A stretch of DNA of 53,536 nucleotides from a bacterium. Its GTDB lineage: Bacteria; SZUA-182; DTGQ01; JAFGSM01. The notes below the pieces were generated by a model. The model was not told where the DNA came from and did no database searches. It saw only the letters and a list, made by a program, of their open reading frames with translations. Below are positions 9,394 to 20,310 of this stretch, one piece after another. The translations under genes and the position numbers were made by a program. Every line of letters begins with the position of its first letter. The stretch's first letter is position 1. Location: contig JBLIRP010000014.1 in the NCBI GenBank assembly GCA_049472355.1, positions 1 through 53,536 on the forward strand, written 5' to 3'.

Positions 9394-12234
9394 CTACTGT
9401 TTTGGTACAACCGTAAAGGGTACGATCGGAATAACCGGTTTCAAAATCTTAATTGGTTGAAAAATCTGAAACGTTACAAAATAGAAATCGTCAAAATTTA
9501 TATGACCCCACGGCGGTTGAGATGCTTTATCCACAATTCTGAGTGTGGCTGTCTTGTTTACGTATTCCGTGAGGTTCCAGGTCACACGTTCCATTGTCTC
9601 AATATTCTTGCCTCGTGCACTTCTGACGACTTTACCGTTCACGAGAAGTTCTATCCCAACATCTTCTCTATTACCACCACCCACAAGAAAACTAGCCATG
9701 CCACTTTGGATCACAAAAGGATGTGAGGTAAGAATGCCTGTCGGTCCATCCCCTTGGAAAATTAATAAAGGATTTATAGATCCCTTATTTATAAATGACT
9801 GTGGATACCTCTCGTAAGTGCCAATCCAATATTGTCCTTGATGTTTTGAAGGTTGCCCCCGACCTCTCCTTGTAGGATTATCTCCATAGGTCGGCTGATC
9901 TTTAAAGGCAGTCCCTATTTGGGTCCAGCCAAGCAAGTTTCCTGACTCGAAGTTGAAATTCATGACTGTAAATACCTTTGATCCGGTCAGTTTCATATTG
10001 CCTGATTTGTCCCAGGCACGGGCCTCATAGTTTACATTGCCAATAGAATAGGGTCCCTTTGTACAGCTACAAGGTGTCTTGTCACATTCCTGGACCACTT
10101 CGCCGTTGACATAGATCTTTATGTTCTTTAAGTCCGTCGGATCTTTCACACTGGCAGTAAAGGCTACCTTTTGACTGAGGTTTACGGTAAAGGGACTGTG
10201 AGATATAGCGACATCAGGCGGCTTTTCGTCTTTTACCGTAAAGGTTAATAGTTGACTATCCCTCCTATTGTCTGATGAATCCCAGGCACTCGCCTTATAG
10301 GTTACCTTGCCGGCAGGATAAGGTTTTTCTGCATCATACTGACAGGGTGCATTGTCACATTGCTTGACCATCTTGTCGCTGACGAAGATCTGCACCTTGC
10401 TGATTTGCCCTCCCCCTCTGTCTGACGCTGTGGCTAGAAAGGTTACATTCTCTTCTGTGCTCGGCGTTTCTGGGAAATGGACTATCGTTACTTCAGGAGG
10501 CGTCGCATCGACTGTCATAAAACTTGTCTGTTCAGTCTTACCCTCGTTGCCTGACGTGTCCAAGGCATGCGCCTCACAGCTTATATTGGCAAGAGGGTAA
10601 GGTCCGGCAGCATATTTGCAGGGTGAACCGTCACATTCCTTAACCATCTCGTCGTTGATATAGATCTGGACCTTACTGATTTGTCCGCCCCCCCTGTCTG
10701 ATGCTGTTGCAGTGAAGGTTACCTCGTCTTCCGTGCTCGGCTTCGCAGGTTCATAGGTTATCATTACATCGGGTTTAGATCTGTCCATTGTATTAAAGGT
10801 ATTCGGGCCAACAATGGTAAGGTTGTTTGACCTATCCTCAGCACGGGCCTCATAGGTCACTTTACCAAGGCCAAGTAAATTAAAATCAGCGACATATTTA
10901 CAGGGTGAACTGTTGCATTCCTCAACAATATCACCTTTGACTAAGATCTTTATGTGCTTTAGGTCCGATGAATCTTTTACAGTGGCAGTGAAGGTTACCT
11001 CGTCTTCTGTACTCGGCTCTGAAGGTTCATGTGTAATAGTGAGTTCAGGTCCATCTTCATCCCTTGGCGTAAAGCTTTGCGGACCGGTATCGCCCTGGTT
11101 GTTTGACGTATCCCAAGCACGTGCCGCATAGGTTACGCTACCATGAGAATAAGGTCCAGCCACATGCTCACAGAGGGAACTGGTACATTCTTTGACCATC
11201 TTGCCGTTGATATAAATCTGGACCTTACTTATGCTTCCTCCTCCTTGGTCTGATGCTTCGGCAGTAAAGGCTACCTGGTCTTTTGTGGTTGGTGTTGGAG
11301 GGACATGTTTTATAGTGACACGAGGCGGTTTGCTGTCCACTATCGTAACACTCTTTTGGTCAGTATCACCTTTGTTGTTTGATTTATCCCAAGCGCTGGC
11401 TTTATAGGTGACACTCCCAAGAGAATAAGGTCCAGCGACATATTCACAGGGGGAACTGGTAGCTTCCTTAACCATCTCATCATTGACATAAATCTGGATC
11501 TTACTTATGCCCCCTGCGTCCAATGCTGTGGCAATGAAGGTTACCTCATCTTCAGTGGTCGGCTCCGGGGGACTATGGGTTACAGTGAGCTCAGGTGGAA
11601 CAATGTCTTCCACCTCAACAATCAGAGATTTTTCGGTATTCTTTTTCTCACCCTTCGCGGTTAATACATACTCTGTGGATTGGGTGGGCTCCACCTGTAT
11701 ACTTCCACTTGACTCCACTTCAACAGGCGCTATGTTCTGATCAAATGAGATCTCCACAGAGGTGGCTTTCTCTGTCTCCCAGCTCAGCATAGCAGATTCG
11801 CCCGCCTCAATAGTGTTGGGATCCGCTGAAAAACTTATAACCTTAGGCGCCCCAGAACGGAGGAGCAACCAGGCAATCACGCCGCCGACCAAGAGGACGA
11901 CCACGGCACTCCCAGCAATAATTACAGGAAGCCAGTTAAAGGGCTTTTTCTCTTTCGTTTCCGGCTCAAGGGCGACATCCAGATTAAAGGATCCCTCTGT
12001 GGCGAGAACACGGTGCTCTTGGATTTTGTAACCTTCCTTTTCAAAGGTTACCCTCAGTTGCTGGCCGGTCTCAATACGGGAATCTTCAATCTCTGCAATA
12101 AGCTCATAGAAGCCATTCTCCGCACTCTTGCCCTTTTGGATCTCTTCCTCGTTAAGGTAGAGTCTGACAAGCACGCCCGGCATGGCCTTGGCCGTTTTAC
12201 TTTCCTTTGCATATCCATAGGCTCGGAAACTCAT
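9394..12234 (-). CDS. Bitopic membrane protein: N-terminal carboxypeptidase-regulatory-like domain, TM, about 7 Ig-like repeats, C-terminal beta-sandwich (CBM-like)
   Basis: TM WLPVIIAGSAVVVLLVGGVIAWLLL after KEKK; roughly 90-aa repeats with Cys pairs; C-terminal FESGNLLGW..GDGPTGILTS..WGHINFDDF resembling accessory domains of GH32 enzymes. Confidence 0.85.
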   Translation of the reverse strand: MSFRAYGYAKESKTAKAMPGVLVRLYLNEEEIQKGKSAENGFYELIAEIEDSRIETGQQLRVTFEKEGYKIQEHRVLATEGSFNLDVALEPETKEKKPFNWLPVIIAGSAVVVLLVGGVIAWLLLRSGAPKVISFSADPNTIEAGESAMLSWETEKATSVEISFDQNIAPVEVESSGSIQVEPTQSTEYVLTAKGEKKNTEKSLIVEVEDIVPPELTVTHSPPEPTTEDEVTFIATALDAGGISKIQIYVNDEMVKEATSSPCEYVAGPYSLGSVTYKASAWDKSNNKGDTDQKSVTIVDSKPPRVTIKHVPPTPTTKDQVAFTAEASDQGGGSISKVQIYINGKMVKECTSSLCEHVAGPYSHGSVTYAARAWDTSNNQGDTGPQSFTPRDEDGPELTITHEPSEPSTEDEVTFTATVKDSSDLKHIKILVKGDIVEECNSSPCKYVADFNLLGLGKVTYEARAEDRSNNLTIVGPNTFNTMDRSKPDVMITYEPAKPSTEDEVTFTATASDRGGGQISKVQIYINDEMVKECDGSPCKYAAGPYPLANISCEAHALDTSGNEGKTEQTSFMTVDATPPEVTIVHFPETPSTEENVTFLATASDRGGGQISKVQIFVSDKMVKQCDNAPCQYDAEKPYPAGKVTYKASAWDSSDNRRDSQLLTFTVKDEKPPDVAISHSPFTVNLSQKVAFTASVKDPTDLKNIKIYVNGEVVQECDKTPCSCTKGPYSIGNVNYEARAWDKSGNMKLTGSKVFTVMNFNFESGNLLGWTQIGTAFKDQPTYGDNPTRRGRGQPSKHQGQYWIGTYERYPQSFINKGSINPLLIFQGDGPTGILTSHPFVIQSGMASFLVGGGNREDVGIELLVNGKVVRSARGKNIETMERVTWNLTEYVNKTATLRIVDKASQPPWGHINFDDFYFVTFQIFQPIKILKPVIPIVPFTVVPKQ

Positions 12235-12291
12235 TGTATTCCCCCCATTTTTTGCTTTAATATTGAAAGGTTATAAAGGTTTCCATGTTGG

Positions 12292-13107
12292 TTATTCTAT
12301 CCAGCAGACCCGATAGCCCACCTTTCCCTCCTTTTTCTCTATATTCTCAATAATGAGGTAGTAGGAAATGATGTCATCCTTGATGGTCACCTGAACCGAC
12401 CATCGGATGACGAGTGATGGTGTAAGGGGATATACATCAATGAGACAAAATCGAGAGAGGTCCTTAACCCGTTTTTCTCCAATCCAGAGTGATTCCTCAC
12501 TGTTTCCGGGATCGAGGTGCTTCTCCCCCTCCTTAATATTCTCCCTCTCTTTCAGCAGTCCTTGAATTCCAGGACCGGTGATCTTGGCCCCTTCCTCTCG
12601 AATTCCCGTGATCCCCTCTGTTTTAATCCCCACTTCGCACAATTCAACGATCTCTGGTTCAACTGGCCTTTCCTCAAAAGCCTCAACCACAAATCCTTCT
12701 TCTATACGAGTCGGCTGTTGATACTGCGGATAGGGCCCATTGGTTTGAGGCTCAACGGCCTTCTCCTGGTACTTTATGCCGATAAACACCTTTTTCCTAT
12801 TAAGGCTGATGACATGTTTCATTGTATCCTCAGGAATCACAAAGAAGAATGTTTCACCAAGAATTATCTCACGCCCCAGCGCATCAATGGCCATTCCTGG
12901 AATGATCTTGATACTGAAAGGCCCGTGTTCCTTTGCGGCACTCACACGGAGACCCGATACAATTCCATAATGGTGCATGAATTGATTGTGCATCCGGCGC
13001 TTCCTGAGGTGGAACTGCTGTTCTGTTTCCCAGTCCATGGCGCGGGTAAAAAAACCATCAAAAAACCGTAATCGTTTAAAGATATCCAATGACCTTGGCA
13101 TCGGCAT
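12292..13107 (-). CDS. CIS baseplate-attachment / tail-fibre N-terminal-type protein (short)
   Basis: KRLRFFDGFF..DWETEQQFH..GIVSGLRV..PGMAIDALGREII; position after tail-I. Confidence 0.75.
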   Translation of the reverse strand: MPMPRSLDIFKRLRFFDGFFTRAMDWETEQQFHLRKRRMHNQFMHHYGIVSGLRVSAAKEHGPFSIKIIPGMAIDALGREIILGETFFFVIPEDTMKHVISLNRKKVFIGIKYQEKAVEPQTNGPYPQYQQPTRIEEGFVVEAFEERPVEPEIVELCEVGIKTEGITGIREEGAKITGPGIQGLLKERENIKEGEKHLDPGNSEESLWIGEKRVKDLSRFCLIDVYPLTPSLVIRWSVQVTIKDDIISYYLIIENIEKKEGKVGYRVCWIE

Positions 13108-13191
13108 TTCCTCTCCATGATTTGTATGTAACCATCATTTTTTGTATTTCAGATTTGACTACAATTTAATCTATTATGAAAACACGCCATT

Positions 13192-14049
13192 TCAAATCTC
13201 AGGGAAATTCTTTACAGCATAAGGCCCCTGACGCCACCGTACAACAGATATCCAGGCATGGGCCGGCTTTACCTCGTCAATGATTTCTACCATGAATGAG
13301 AGAAGCGACCCGACCTGATCCTCTTCGACGGATTCATCGGTTGATAGATAGACGGTAAAGGTATTCTCCGCCTCTATGTTGGAATCAATGATACGGGTGT
13401 CGAGACCGATGGTCGATTCTATGCCAATGGCAAGGGTCGGAGCGAAGTTCTCGACAATTTCAATATGAATCCTTGCCCCTCTCTCCCTCTCTTCATATCT
13501 GGGGGCGCCACGGGCATAGTGTATGTGAACCTGGGAGGGGTCGATCCTTAAATATTCTGCGGCTGCCTGATTAAGTGCAAAAATCAATCCGGGAAGCGTC
13601 CCCTTTCCAAGTAAAAAGGAGGCTGCATATCGAAGTAACAGCCTCACCTTTCCCTCTTTCTCACAAGACTCCTTCGAAGACGACGCGTTCTGCTGGAGCA
13701 TCTCTTGATGCCAGGAACCTATCCACGGATAGACAGCGGCCGGATATGAATTGAGATTCAGGTTGAGCCAGCTTCCCAGACCAAGGAGATACTTGATCGG
13801 GGTCGTTTTCGGGCTAAAGAAACACTGGATGTGATCGATGGTTTCCTCAATCGGTGGATTAGGTATGTCAAAGGCATCAGGTTTATTCCCATGGCTTAAG
13901 TCGTCTGAGGGATACCCGGACCAGATCCGTTCAAATATTTTCAGGAAATTACCGAAAAAGGGATCATGTTGCAGTGCTTCATGATAAAGCGCAGGCAGGT
14001 GCTCCATATAGCTACTGTACGCGCCTTTATGCATGCCCTGGAGTCCCAT
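13192..14049 (-). CDS. Phage tail protein I (P2 gpI)-like baseplate wedge
   Basis: YMEHLPALY..FLKIFERIW..FSPKTTP..LGSWL..KGTLPGL..IDEVKPAH; ATG at 14049 just after the baseplate J stop. Confidence 0.8.
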   Translation of the reverse strand: MGLQGMHKGAYSSYMEHLPALYHEALQHDPFFGNFLKIFERIWSGYPSDDLSHGNKPDAFDIPNPPIEETIDHIQCFFSPKTTPIKYLLGLGSWLNLNLNSYPAAVYPWIGSWHQEMLQQNASSSKESCEKEGKVRLLLRYAASFLLGKGTLPGLIFALNQAAAEYLRIDPSQVHIHYARGAPRYEERERGARIHIEIVENFAPTLAIGIESTIGLDTRIIDSNIEAENTFTVYLSTDESVEEDQVGSLLSFMVEIIDEVKPAHAWISVVRWRQGPYAVKNFPEI

Positions 14050-14053
14050 TTTC

Positions 14054-17000
14054 CTATTCCTCTGCCTTATATTCTTCCACCTTGACCTCATAGAGGTAAG
14101 GGAGTTGATGCCAGGAAAGAATAAGCTTCCCCGTCTCCCTGGGGATGATGTTTCTGTCGCTGTCAAGCAATTTAACGTCTGTTACGTAGGCAACCTTCAG
14201 GCTCTGTCGCACCTGATGGGCTATCTCATAGACATAGATGTCACGACCGAGGGGCCATCCTGTACCATCTTCGCCGCCTCTCAATGGATCGAAATATTCC
14301 TTCAGGAACCGCTCTATCTCCGGTTGAACCTCCTTTTTGGTGAATCCTGCCCTCATTTTCACCGTAACGTGCACTGCAAAGCCCAAATATTCCGGCCCTC
14401 TGACGCTGAGGCGTGTCGTTAGGAGCCGCCTCTTATCGATATACATATAAACCTTTCTCAATAGGGCCTCCGTGGGGAAAACCTTTCCCACCTCTTCACT
14501 CACGGTGACCTCTTTGGGAATTATGATGAGCTCCACTATTCCGGGTTGAGCGGCGGGGACGCACTGTGCCCTGTGGACATTACGAGATGCCTCCATTGCC
14601 AGGGTTTCGAAGTCCTCCTGCGTGATCGCACGGTAGCGATGTTTGAGTACCATCGATCCCCGTATTTTTAGTTCTTCCAGGGTTTCAGGATCCCTCCCTC
14701 CCGAAGAGGGATCGGAATTGGTAACCTCAATACTGCTTATAGGCTGAATAAGCTGACTTACTGTATGGGCGGGGACATTCCCTGCTTGCCCATGGCACCA
14801 TTCGTAGGAGGCCTTTATCCTTCGTCCGGCAAGGGGGATCCTTCCCTTCTTCCCGTCGCCAAATCTTATTTCCCCAGTCTCTGCATCGAGAAGAAAGTGG
14901 GGGTCGTTACTGTTTGAATGCAAAAAGGTTTCTACCATCTGCCATTCGGAAAATCCGCCTTCTGCACCTCCACTCCCTGCCGGGGCATCCGGCTCTGAGA
15001 CATACACGTAGAAATTTTGGGGTACCTCAATCACCTGACCATTTATGACCTCTTCCCTTTTTTCCATATAGACCGGCCTCTTCTTAGTAAAAAGGGCCAG
15101 ACTCGCCTCACCATTGCTTGACCATTCCTCCTCCACCCTGCTGGTATTGGTGGCCCAGACCGTATTAAGACGGATATCCCGTATCCTGGGGGGGCGTTCA
15201 AAACTGCCGCTAATCCATCGAATCCTGAGCCAAAAGTACTCACCTGAATCGGAATCTTCAGATTGAAAGAGGACCCTTGGCTTGAAGTCACGAGGGGCCT
15301 GAAATCTGATCAGGCCGCTACGTTGGAAATTGAAGGTCTCATCAACCTCAACCTGTAGAGGCTCCCATTCCTCTCCATTCCAAAATTCCCATACAACGTT
15401 TAACGGAGAAGGCGCTTCACTCCAAAGCCATAAGAGATGCCCCAAAAATAATGATTCATAGGGTTTTTCAATTTGCCGGGATCTCTCCTCTTCCACAGCA
15501 ATATATATTTGAACCATTTCAGGGATTTCACGCTGCTCTCGAATGAAGTTCAGATCGAATCCCAGATAAAACGCAGGGTATCGATCGGTATCACTCTCAA
15601 AAAATTGAACGTGTTTCTTCTCCCTGATTTCGTCGGAGACATCCTTGAAATAAAAGTTGTCGAAGATGACGGTGCGGGAGAATTCAAAGGGACGCTGGTC
15701 CTTATCTTTTACCCTCAACGAGACACGGTTGAAGTAGGGAGGATGGATTGGAACCTCTACCCACTGCTCCTTTCCATCCTTTTCCTCCAAATGGCCTTCG
15801 ACGCCGTAATTCCCCTTGACGATCCTGACCCGGATCCAGAAGTTCTCCTCATCCTCGATCATCAGGGGTACAATATCATTCGGGAGCACAAATGAAACCG
15901 CCCCTGTCCTGGTTAATGCCCAGGTTTGATCAGTGAAATCAAATCGCCCCTGCCCGGCACCGGCAGGCGAGGATACGCCGATTTCGGCCCACCTCTCCCC
16001 GTTCCAGTATTCCCATGACAGTTGAAGGTCTTTGGAAACCGATGGCGGCTCCTCAGCCCTTTCGAAATTGAGGGATATACCAAGCCCTTTAACCAACTCC
16101 AACATCCGGCACCCGCAATAGAAGATATTCCTCTCCTTTGGCACGTCGGTAAACGGGGTGAAAATTTGCATAGGATCGATGGGGGCGAATATGTCCGCAT
16201 CGGTGGAATAGGCAAACATCCTATCTGGCACGACTGCACTGTCAGTGGTCCGTACAAAGGCGTCCATCTGGGAAAGGCGTAATTCATTTCTAAAGTAATG
16301 GGGTTCGATCACACCTCGGATCCAATGGTTCGTAATCACCCCGCCCTCCATCCGGAGGACACTCTCCCCGCATTGTGTGATTTCGTGAAGGATAACGGTT
16401 ACGCATGGGTGGGGTTCAGGCTCGTACGTAATGGAGTGAACAGACCTCTTCCATTCCTGCCCATTCCAGTATTCCCAGGAGATCGCATCGAAAAACCAGC
16501 GATCTTCTTCGCTTCCCAGACCAAATTTCACACACACGGATATCCCTCGGCGAACAGACTTGAGCATTGGGCTCCCCAGATAGAGACACCTCTCAAGCCT
16601 GTCTTGACCGAGGAATAGGGGAATGCTCCCTTTCTTTTCACCGATCAATGAGGACGTATAATCAATTCCACGGAAATCCTTATGCTCTGAGTCGAAATAG
16701 AGCCCTGCAACCTTGGTAATATTTGCCGGGAAGACCTCAAGATTCTCGTCGGTTCTGAATAGAATCCGTTCGCCGTTGACTGCAACCGTTGAAGCAACTT
16801 CGGTCCCTTCGGGAACGGACTGCATAGCTTCCCCCTTTACGCTGAAGGTAAGCAATGTCTTCGATGGCTCAGGGGGTTTCCTTGAAAGCCCCAGCATCTC
16901 GAGAAAGGCCAGATAATTCTTGTCAGGCACGCGGTTCAAGCGATATATGATCATTTCGGTCATCCAGGCAAATAGTTGAATAAGGGTAATTCCTGGATCA

Positions 17001-17110
17001 CTCTCATTATGATCTGTCCATTCCGGGCAGTAGCGATTGATAAGGGACCGTGCCTGGGATACGATATCTTCGAATCTTCTGTCATCAAGATTTGGAAATT
17101 TAATAGCCAT
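14054..17110 (-). CDS. Baseplate J-like wedge protein (Afp11/12-like)
   Basis: PNLDDRRFEDIV..PEWTDHNESDPGITLIQLFAW..RLNRVP; IRFGDGKKGRIP; RAITQEDFE; GWPLGR. Confidence 0.95.
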   Translation of the reverse strand: MAIKFPNLDDRRFEDIVSQARSLINRYCPEWTDHNESDPGITLIQLFAWMTEMIIYRLNRVPDKNYLAFLEMLGLSRKPPEPSKTLLTFSVKGEAMQSVPEGTEVASTVAVNGERILFRTDENLEVFPANITKVAGLYFDSEHKDFRGIDYTSSLIGEKKGSIPLFLGQDRLERCLYLGSPMLKSVRRGISVCVKFGLGSEEDRWFFDAISWEYWNGQEWKRSVHSITYEPEPHPCVTVILHEITQCGESVLRMEGGVITNHWIRGVIEPHYFRNELRLSQMDAFVRTTDSAVVPDRMFAYSTDADIFAPIDPMQIFTPFTDVPKERNIFYCGCRMLELVKGLGISLNFERAEEPPSVSKDLQLSWEYWNGERWAEIGVSSPAGAGQGRFDFTDQTWALTRTGAVSFVLPNDIVPLMIEDEENFWIRVRIVKGNYGVEGHLEEKDGKEQWVEVPIHPPYFNRVSLRVKDKDQRPFEFSRTVIFDNFYFKDVSDEIREKKHVQFFESDTDRYPAFYLGFDLNFIREQREIPEMVQIYIAVEEERSRQIEKPYESLFLGHLLWLWSEAPSPLNVVWEFWNGEEWEPLQVEVDETFNFQRSGLIRFQAPRDFKPRVLFQSEDSDSGEYFWLRIRWISGSFERPPRIRDIRLNTVWATNTSRVEEEWSSNGEASLALFTKKRPVYMEKREEVINGQVIEVPQNFYVYVSEPDAPAGSGGAEGGFSEWQMVETFLHSNSNDPHFLLDAETGEIRFGDGKKGRIPLAGRRIKASYEWCHGQAGNVPAHTVSQLIQPISSIEVTNSDPSSGGRDPETLEELKIRGSMVLKHRYRAITQEDFETLAMEASRNVHRAQCVPAAQPGIVELIIIPKEVTVSEEVGKVFPTEALLRKVYMYIDKRRLLTTRLSVRGPEYLGFAVHVTVKMRAGFTKKEVQPEIERFLKEYFDPLRGGEDGTGWPLGRDIYVYEIAHQVRQSLKVAYVTDVKLLDSDRNIIPRETGKLILSWHQLPYLYEVKVEEYKAEE

Positions 17111-17222
17111 TTTTAATCCCTCGGAGATTGTACCCTCAGGTCACAACAGGCGTTACTCGCTGCGGATCTATAGGTTTCCGTGTCGTGACTCTCAAAGGTG
17201 GTTTTCTCTTTGTTGTCTGTAT

Positions 17223-17660
17223 CTACCCTTCAGTCAAATAAAATGGATACACCAGGTTTTCCCTCGCATTCGTACTCCGGACTCTGTATTCGATGCAAAT
17301 AACCACTCGACCCAATCCCTCCCGGTCGAAATCCACATGAACATTCAGAAGGTCGATCCTTGGCTCCCAGCGCCTCAGGGCATCCTCGACGTGATAACGG
17401 ATGAGCCCCCTTGTGGTCTCATTGAGGGGCATGAAGACCATATCGTGAATCCCACACCCGAATTCCGGGCGCATAATCCGCTCTCCCTTTCTCGTATTCA
17501 AAATGATTCGTATCGCCTCACGAATGTCTTCATCCATTGAGGACAGAGTGATGCGTCCATTCTTGAGGCTCAAAGGGAATGCCCATCCCTTTCCCAAAAA
17601 CTCCTTGCCGAATTTTTCTTTATCTAGTGAGTTATCTTGCACCTTTTTATATCCAACCAA
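17223..17660 (-). CDS. gp25/GPW baseplate protein (Afp9-like)
   Basis: FLGKGWAFP..IILNTRKGERIMRPEFGC..WEPRI..NLVYPFYL. Confidence 0.95.
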   Translation of the reverse strand: MVGYKKVQDNSLDKEKFGKEFLGKGWAFPLSLKNGRITLSSMDEDIREAIRIILNTRKGERIMRPEFGCGIHDMVFMPLNETTRGLIRYHVEDALRRWEPRIDLLNVHVDFDREGLGRVVICIEYRVRSTNARENLVYPFYLTEG

Positions 17661-17699
17661 TGAGCAACGATCTCAATCCAAGAGGGAAAGACCGCCATC

Positions 17700-18545
17700 T
17701 CAGTTGATCTTAACCAGATTCCCTTGAATGGTCAGCACTCCCCCGGCCTTGACCTCAAGAGAAGACTGGGATTCCATGGCAATCGGCCCCTGCGATGCCA
17801 CCTCTGTTGATTTGTATGACTTTACGTTGATGGTACTAGACCTGATATTAATCGACGACCTCGCCCGGATATCGACGTGTCGCGCATCTATCTTGAATGT
17901 GCCACGAGGGGCCTTTACTTCGACACTCCCCTTGCTGCTCTCGATGGTAATGAGGTTTGCGGCGGTATCGAGAGTTATACTGTTTCCCCCTTGGCTGTCG
18001 ATAATACCGATCTTTTCATTTCCTTTGGTGACTTCGATGATTATGTAATGCTTTCCCTGTTGAGCGCTCCTTAGCAGAATCTTTTCCTCGCCCTCCGTAT
18101 CGTCAAACTGGAGAATGCTTCCGCTTCGGGAGACGATAGAGCGGTAATTGTTTTTCCCATCCGGATCCATCTTTTCAGGCGGCTTTGCATCTTCGTGCCA
18201 GATGGCCCCAATCACATACGGTCGGTTGATATCGCCATTGTGGAAGGCCACGAGCACCTCATCGCCAGGTTCCGGCATGAAATACGCACCCCTGTTGGGC
18301 CCTCCCATAAAACTCGCCACAGGTGCCCATGCACTGTCGGATCGTCTTTCCCTGTCTTCATTAATCCCCTGTATGTTCTGCATTTCTCCCTCATCACAGA
18401 GCCATGGGAAATTCACCTTCACCCTTCCACGATCTTCGGGATCGTTAATGTCAACGACGGTGGCGGTGACAACCCCGCTGATCCTTTTCTGTGCCTCATG
18501 GATCGGTTCACGTTCCCTGATCAGTTCATAAAGAGTACCTGTCAC
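17700..18545 (-). CDS. Spike, gp5/gpV OB-fold plus beta-helix (C-terminal half of Afp8/VgrG)
   Basis: DPEDRGRVKVNFPW..GAYFMPEPGDEVLVAFHNGDINRPYVIGAIW; ends in beta repeats GNLVKIN. Confidence 0.92.
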   Translation of the reverse strand: MTGTLYELIREREPIHEAQKRISGVVTATVVDINDPEDRGRVKVNFPWLCDEGEMQNIQGINEDRERRSDSAWAPVASFMGGPNRGAYFMPEPGDEVLVAFHNGDINRPYVIGAIWHEDAKPPEKMDPDGKNNYRSIVSRSGSILQFDDTEGEEKILLRSAQQGKHYIIIEVTKGNEKIGIIDSQGGNSITLDTAANLITIESSKGSVEVKAPRGTFKIDARHVDIRARSSINIRSSTINVKSYKSTEVASQGPIAMESQSSLEVKAGGVLTIQGNLVKIN

Positions 18546-19669
18546 TCTCCCCTCCCCTTGGCATTACGCTGCACAAAAATCCTTGTTGAATACCCTGAAT
18601 GATCAATGGCATGGACCACCTTACTGACATAATAAGGCCCGCTCAATCTTGATCCAACGCCTTGGAGATCTATGATCTCCCCTGCCCTGATCTGCGGATT
18701 TCCTACGATATCTACAATACCGGTCAGGTATTCCAGGGTCTTTCCATTCATATATGATTGGGCAATCCATCTGGCACTGTAGTCATCCGGTATGGCGTGT
18801 ATATTGATGAGCTGTTCATACCTTTTCGCCACATCTGTAGCCGGCACCTCTCCCATAATCTTATTGGTTTCTATGGTGCTCACCGCTCCGATTATCGACC
18901 CGCTTCTCCCCCTTCGGCCTTCGATCCGGTCTGCCCGAACGGTAACCTGCGTGGGTATTCCCTGTGTTGTTATCCTGGAATAAAAGCCTTGGATGTCATA
19001 CCCCCACTTCAAGGTACACAAGGGATCCGGGTAGCGATGAATTTGAGGGCTCCTAAAGACCAGACAGTGCCGGCTCATCTCAGGCTCCCATTTCACCGAA
19101 TACTCCCACTGGATCAGGTCCGCCATTTCCTTCAGAAGCGAGGCATAGGATATGTGATTTTGCTGACGGGACTCGAATCTGAGGTCGCATTGTTCGATTC
19201 TTGCCGCAAAACCCATTTCATGAGCGATCATCTGAACGATGTTATGAAGGGTTTCGTTGGCCCATCTCTTGAGGTTGAGGGGAGCAGCAACCATTTCGAG
19301 ATCGTAGAATAGTGACTTTCCATTGATGGTGATAAGGAGCGAGCCTTCCTTTGAGAAGCTCGTTTCAATCGAGGCAATCCTCCCCTCAATCATGGGATAC
19401 AAATCCCCGAGATATCCCATCTGAATGCTCACTATTCCCTTCTCCGAAAGGAGTGCCGTATCCAAATATTCAAAATCCTTTCGATGGAAATAGCCTGACT
19501 TCCAGTGCTTGTGCCTGTCCACAAGGGTTATGGAAAAGGTGTCAGCCCCTTTGATATAGTCCTCAACCATTACCGACTGAATGACATCATTCTGCCCCAT
19601 CTGGAAGATATGACTCCCCACGGCGACATGATATGATGGAATGTAAATCGCTGCTGCATTCTGGGCCAT
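18542..19669 (-). CDS. Baseplate hub, gp27/late control D-like (N-terminal half of Afp8/VgrG)
   Basis: IQMGYLGDL..GNPQIRAGEIIDLQGVGSRLSGPYYVSKVVH; ATG at 19669 after GGGG RBS (track start overlaps the upstream gene). Confidence 0.88.
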   Translation of the reverse strand: MAQNAAAIYIPSYHVAVGSHIFQMGQNDVIQSVMVEDYIKGADTFSITLVDRHKHWKSGYFHRKDFEYLDTALLSEKGIVSIQMGYLGDLYPMIEGRIASIETSFSKEGSLLITINGKSLFYDLEMVAAPLNLKRWANETLHNIVQMIAHEMGFAARIEQCDLRFESRQQNHISYASLLKEMADLIQWEYSVKWEPEMSRHCLVFRSPQIHRYPDPLCTLKWGYDIQGFYSRITTQGIPTQVTVRADRIEGRRGRSGSIIGAVSTIETNKIMGEVPATDVAKRYEQLINIHAIPDDYSARWIAQSYMNGKTLEYLTGIVDIVGNPQIRAGEIIDLQGVGSRLSGPYYVSKVVHAIDHSGYSTRIFVQRNAKGRGE

Positions 19670-19680
19670 GCTATATACCC

Positions 19681-20307
19681 CTATTTCCCCCTCAACGGAG
19701 GGATATAGAGTCTGGTGCCGGATGCCAGAAAACGAGGATTCTCTATGCCATTGGCATCTGCTATTGGACGCCATTCTTGAGGATTGTTGTACATCTGCCA
19801 GGCAATGGCACTTAGGGTCTCCCCCTCCTTGACAACATACCATTTGGAGTAATCGGGTGACCGCTTGATCTCTTCAGCCCTACCGAAATAAAACTGCTTG
19901 AATCGGACATCGACAGAAGCGCGGACAGGTGTCCCATTCTCCATGAACATACTGTATTTCACCGTGGCCTCTTCAAGAACGGCGGTAAATTGAATGCCGA
20001 CTCCCCATGAAAAGAGAACAACAGGCGGCGCATGAAGCTCCGGATCGGACTCAATCAATGATAAAAGAGGCCTTACGAATTCGTCTCTTACATCGGTTTC
20101 CTCTTCAAAGGTGTCAAAGAACAATTGCATTGAGAGATACTCTGCCCCTCCCCGTATGAATTGGATAAGGGGCGCATCCAGACCAGGGATCTCCACATCG
20201 TGATAGAGATTGACCTTCTCGATCGCACAGTCGGATGGATTAAAGAGAACCTTGATCGGCATCCCGTACGTATTGATCGGAATGATTTCAGCCTTCTCGA
20301 GTGCCAT
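19681..20307 (-). CDS. Tube initiator with LysM (Afp7-like)
   Basis: VLFNP..LFFDT..LHAPPVVLFSWG..GTPVRA; LysM VKEGETLSAIAWQMY..WRPIADANGIENP. Confidence 0.93.
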   Translation of the reverse strand: MALEKAEIIPINTYGMPIKVLFNPSDCAIEKVNLYHDVEIPGLDAPLIQFIRGGAEYLSMQLFFDTFEEETDVRDEFVRPLLSLIESDPELHAPPVVLFSWGVGIQFTAVLEEATVKYSMFMENGTPVRASVDVRFKQFYFGRAEEIKRSPDYSKWYVVKEGETLSAIAWQMYNNPQEWRPIADANGIENPRFLASGTRLYIPPLRGK

Positions 20308-20310
20308 CGC

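Noticed and set aside
13192..19843. Long N-terminal extensions in the track ORFs for tail-I (start 14166) and hub (start 19843)
   Set aside because: They overlap upstream genes; downstream ATGs at 14049 and 19669 fit the operon spacing better.
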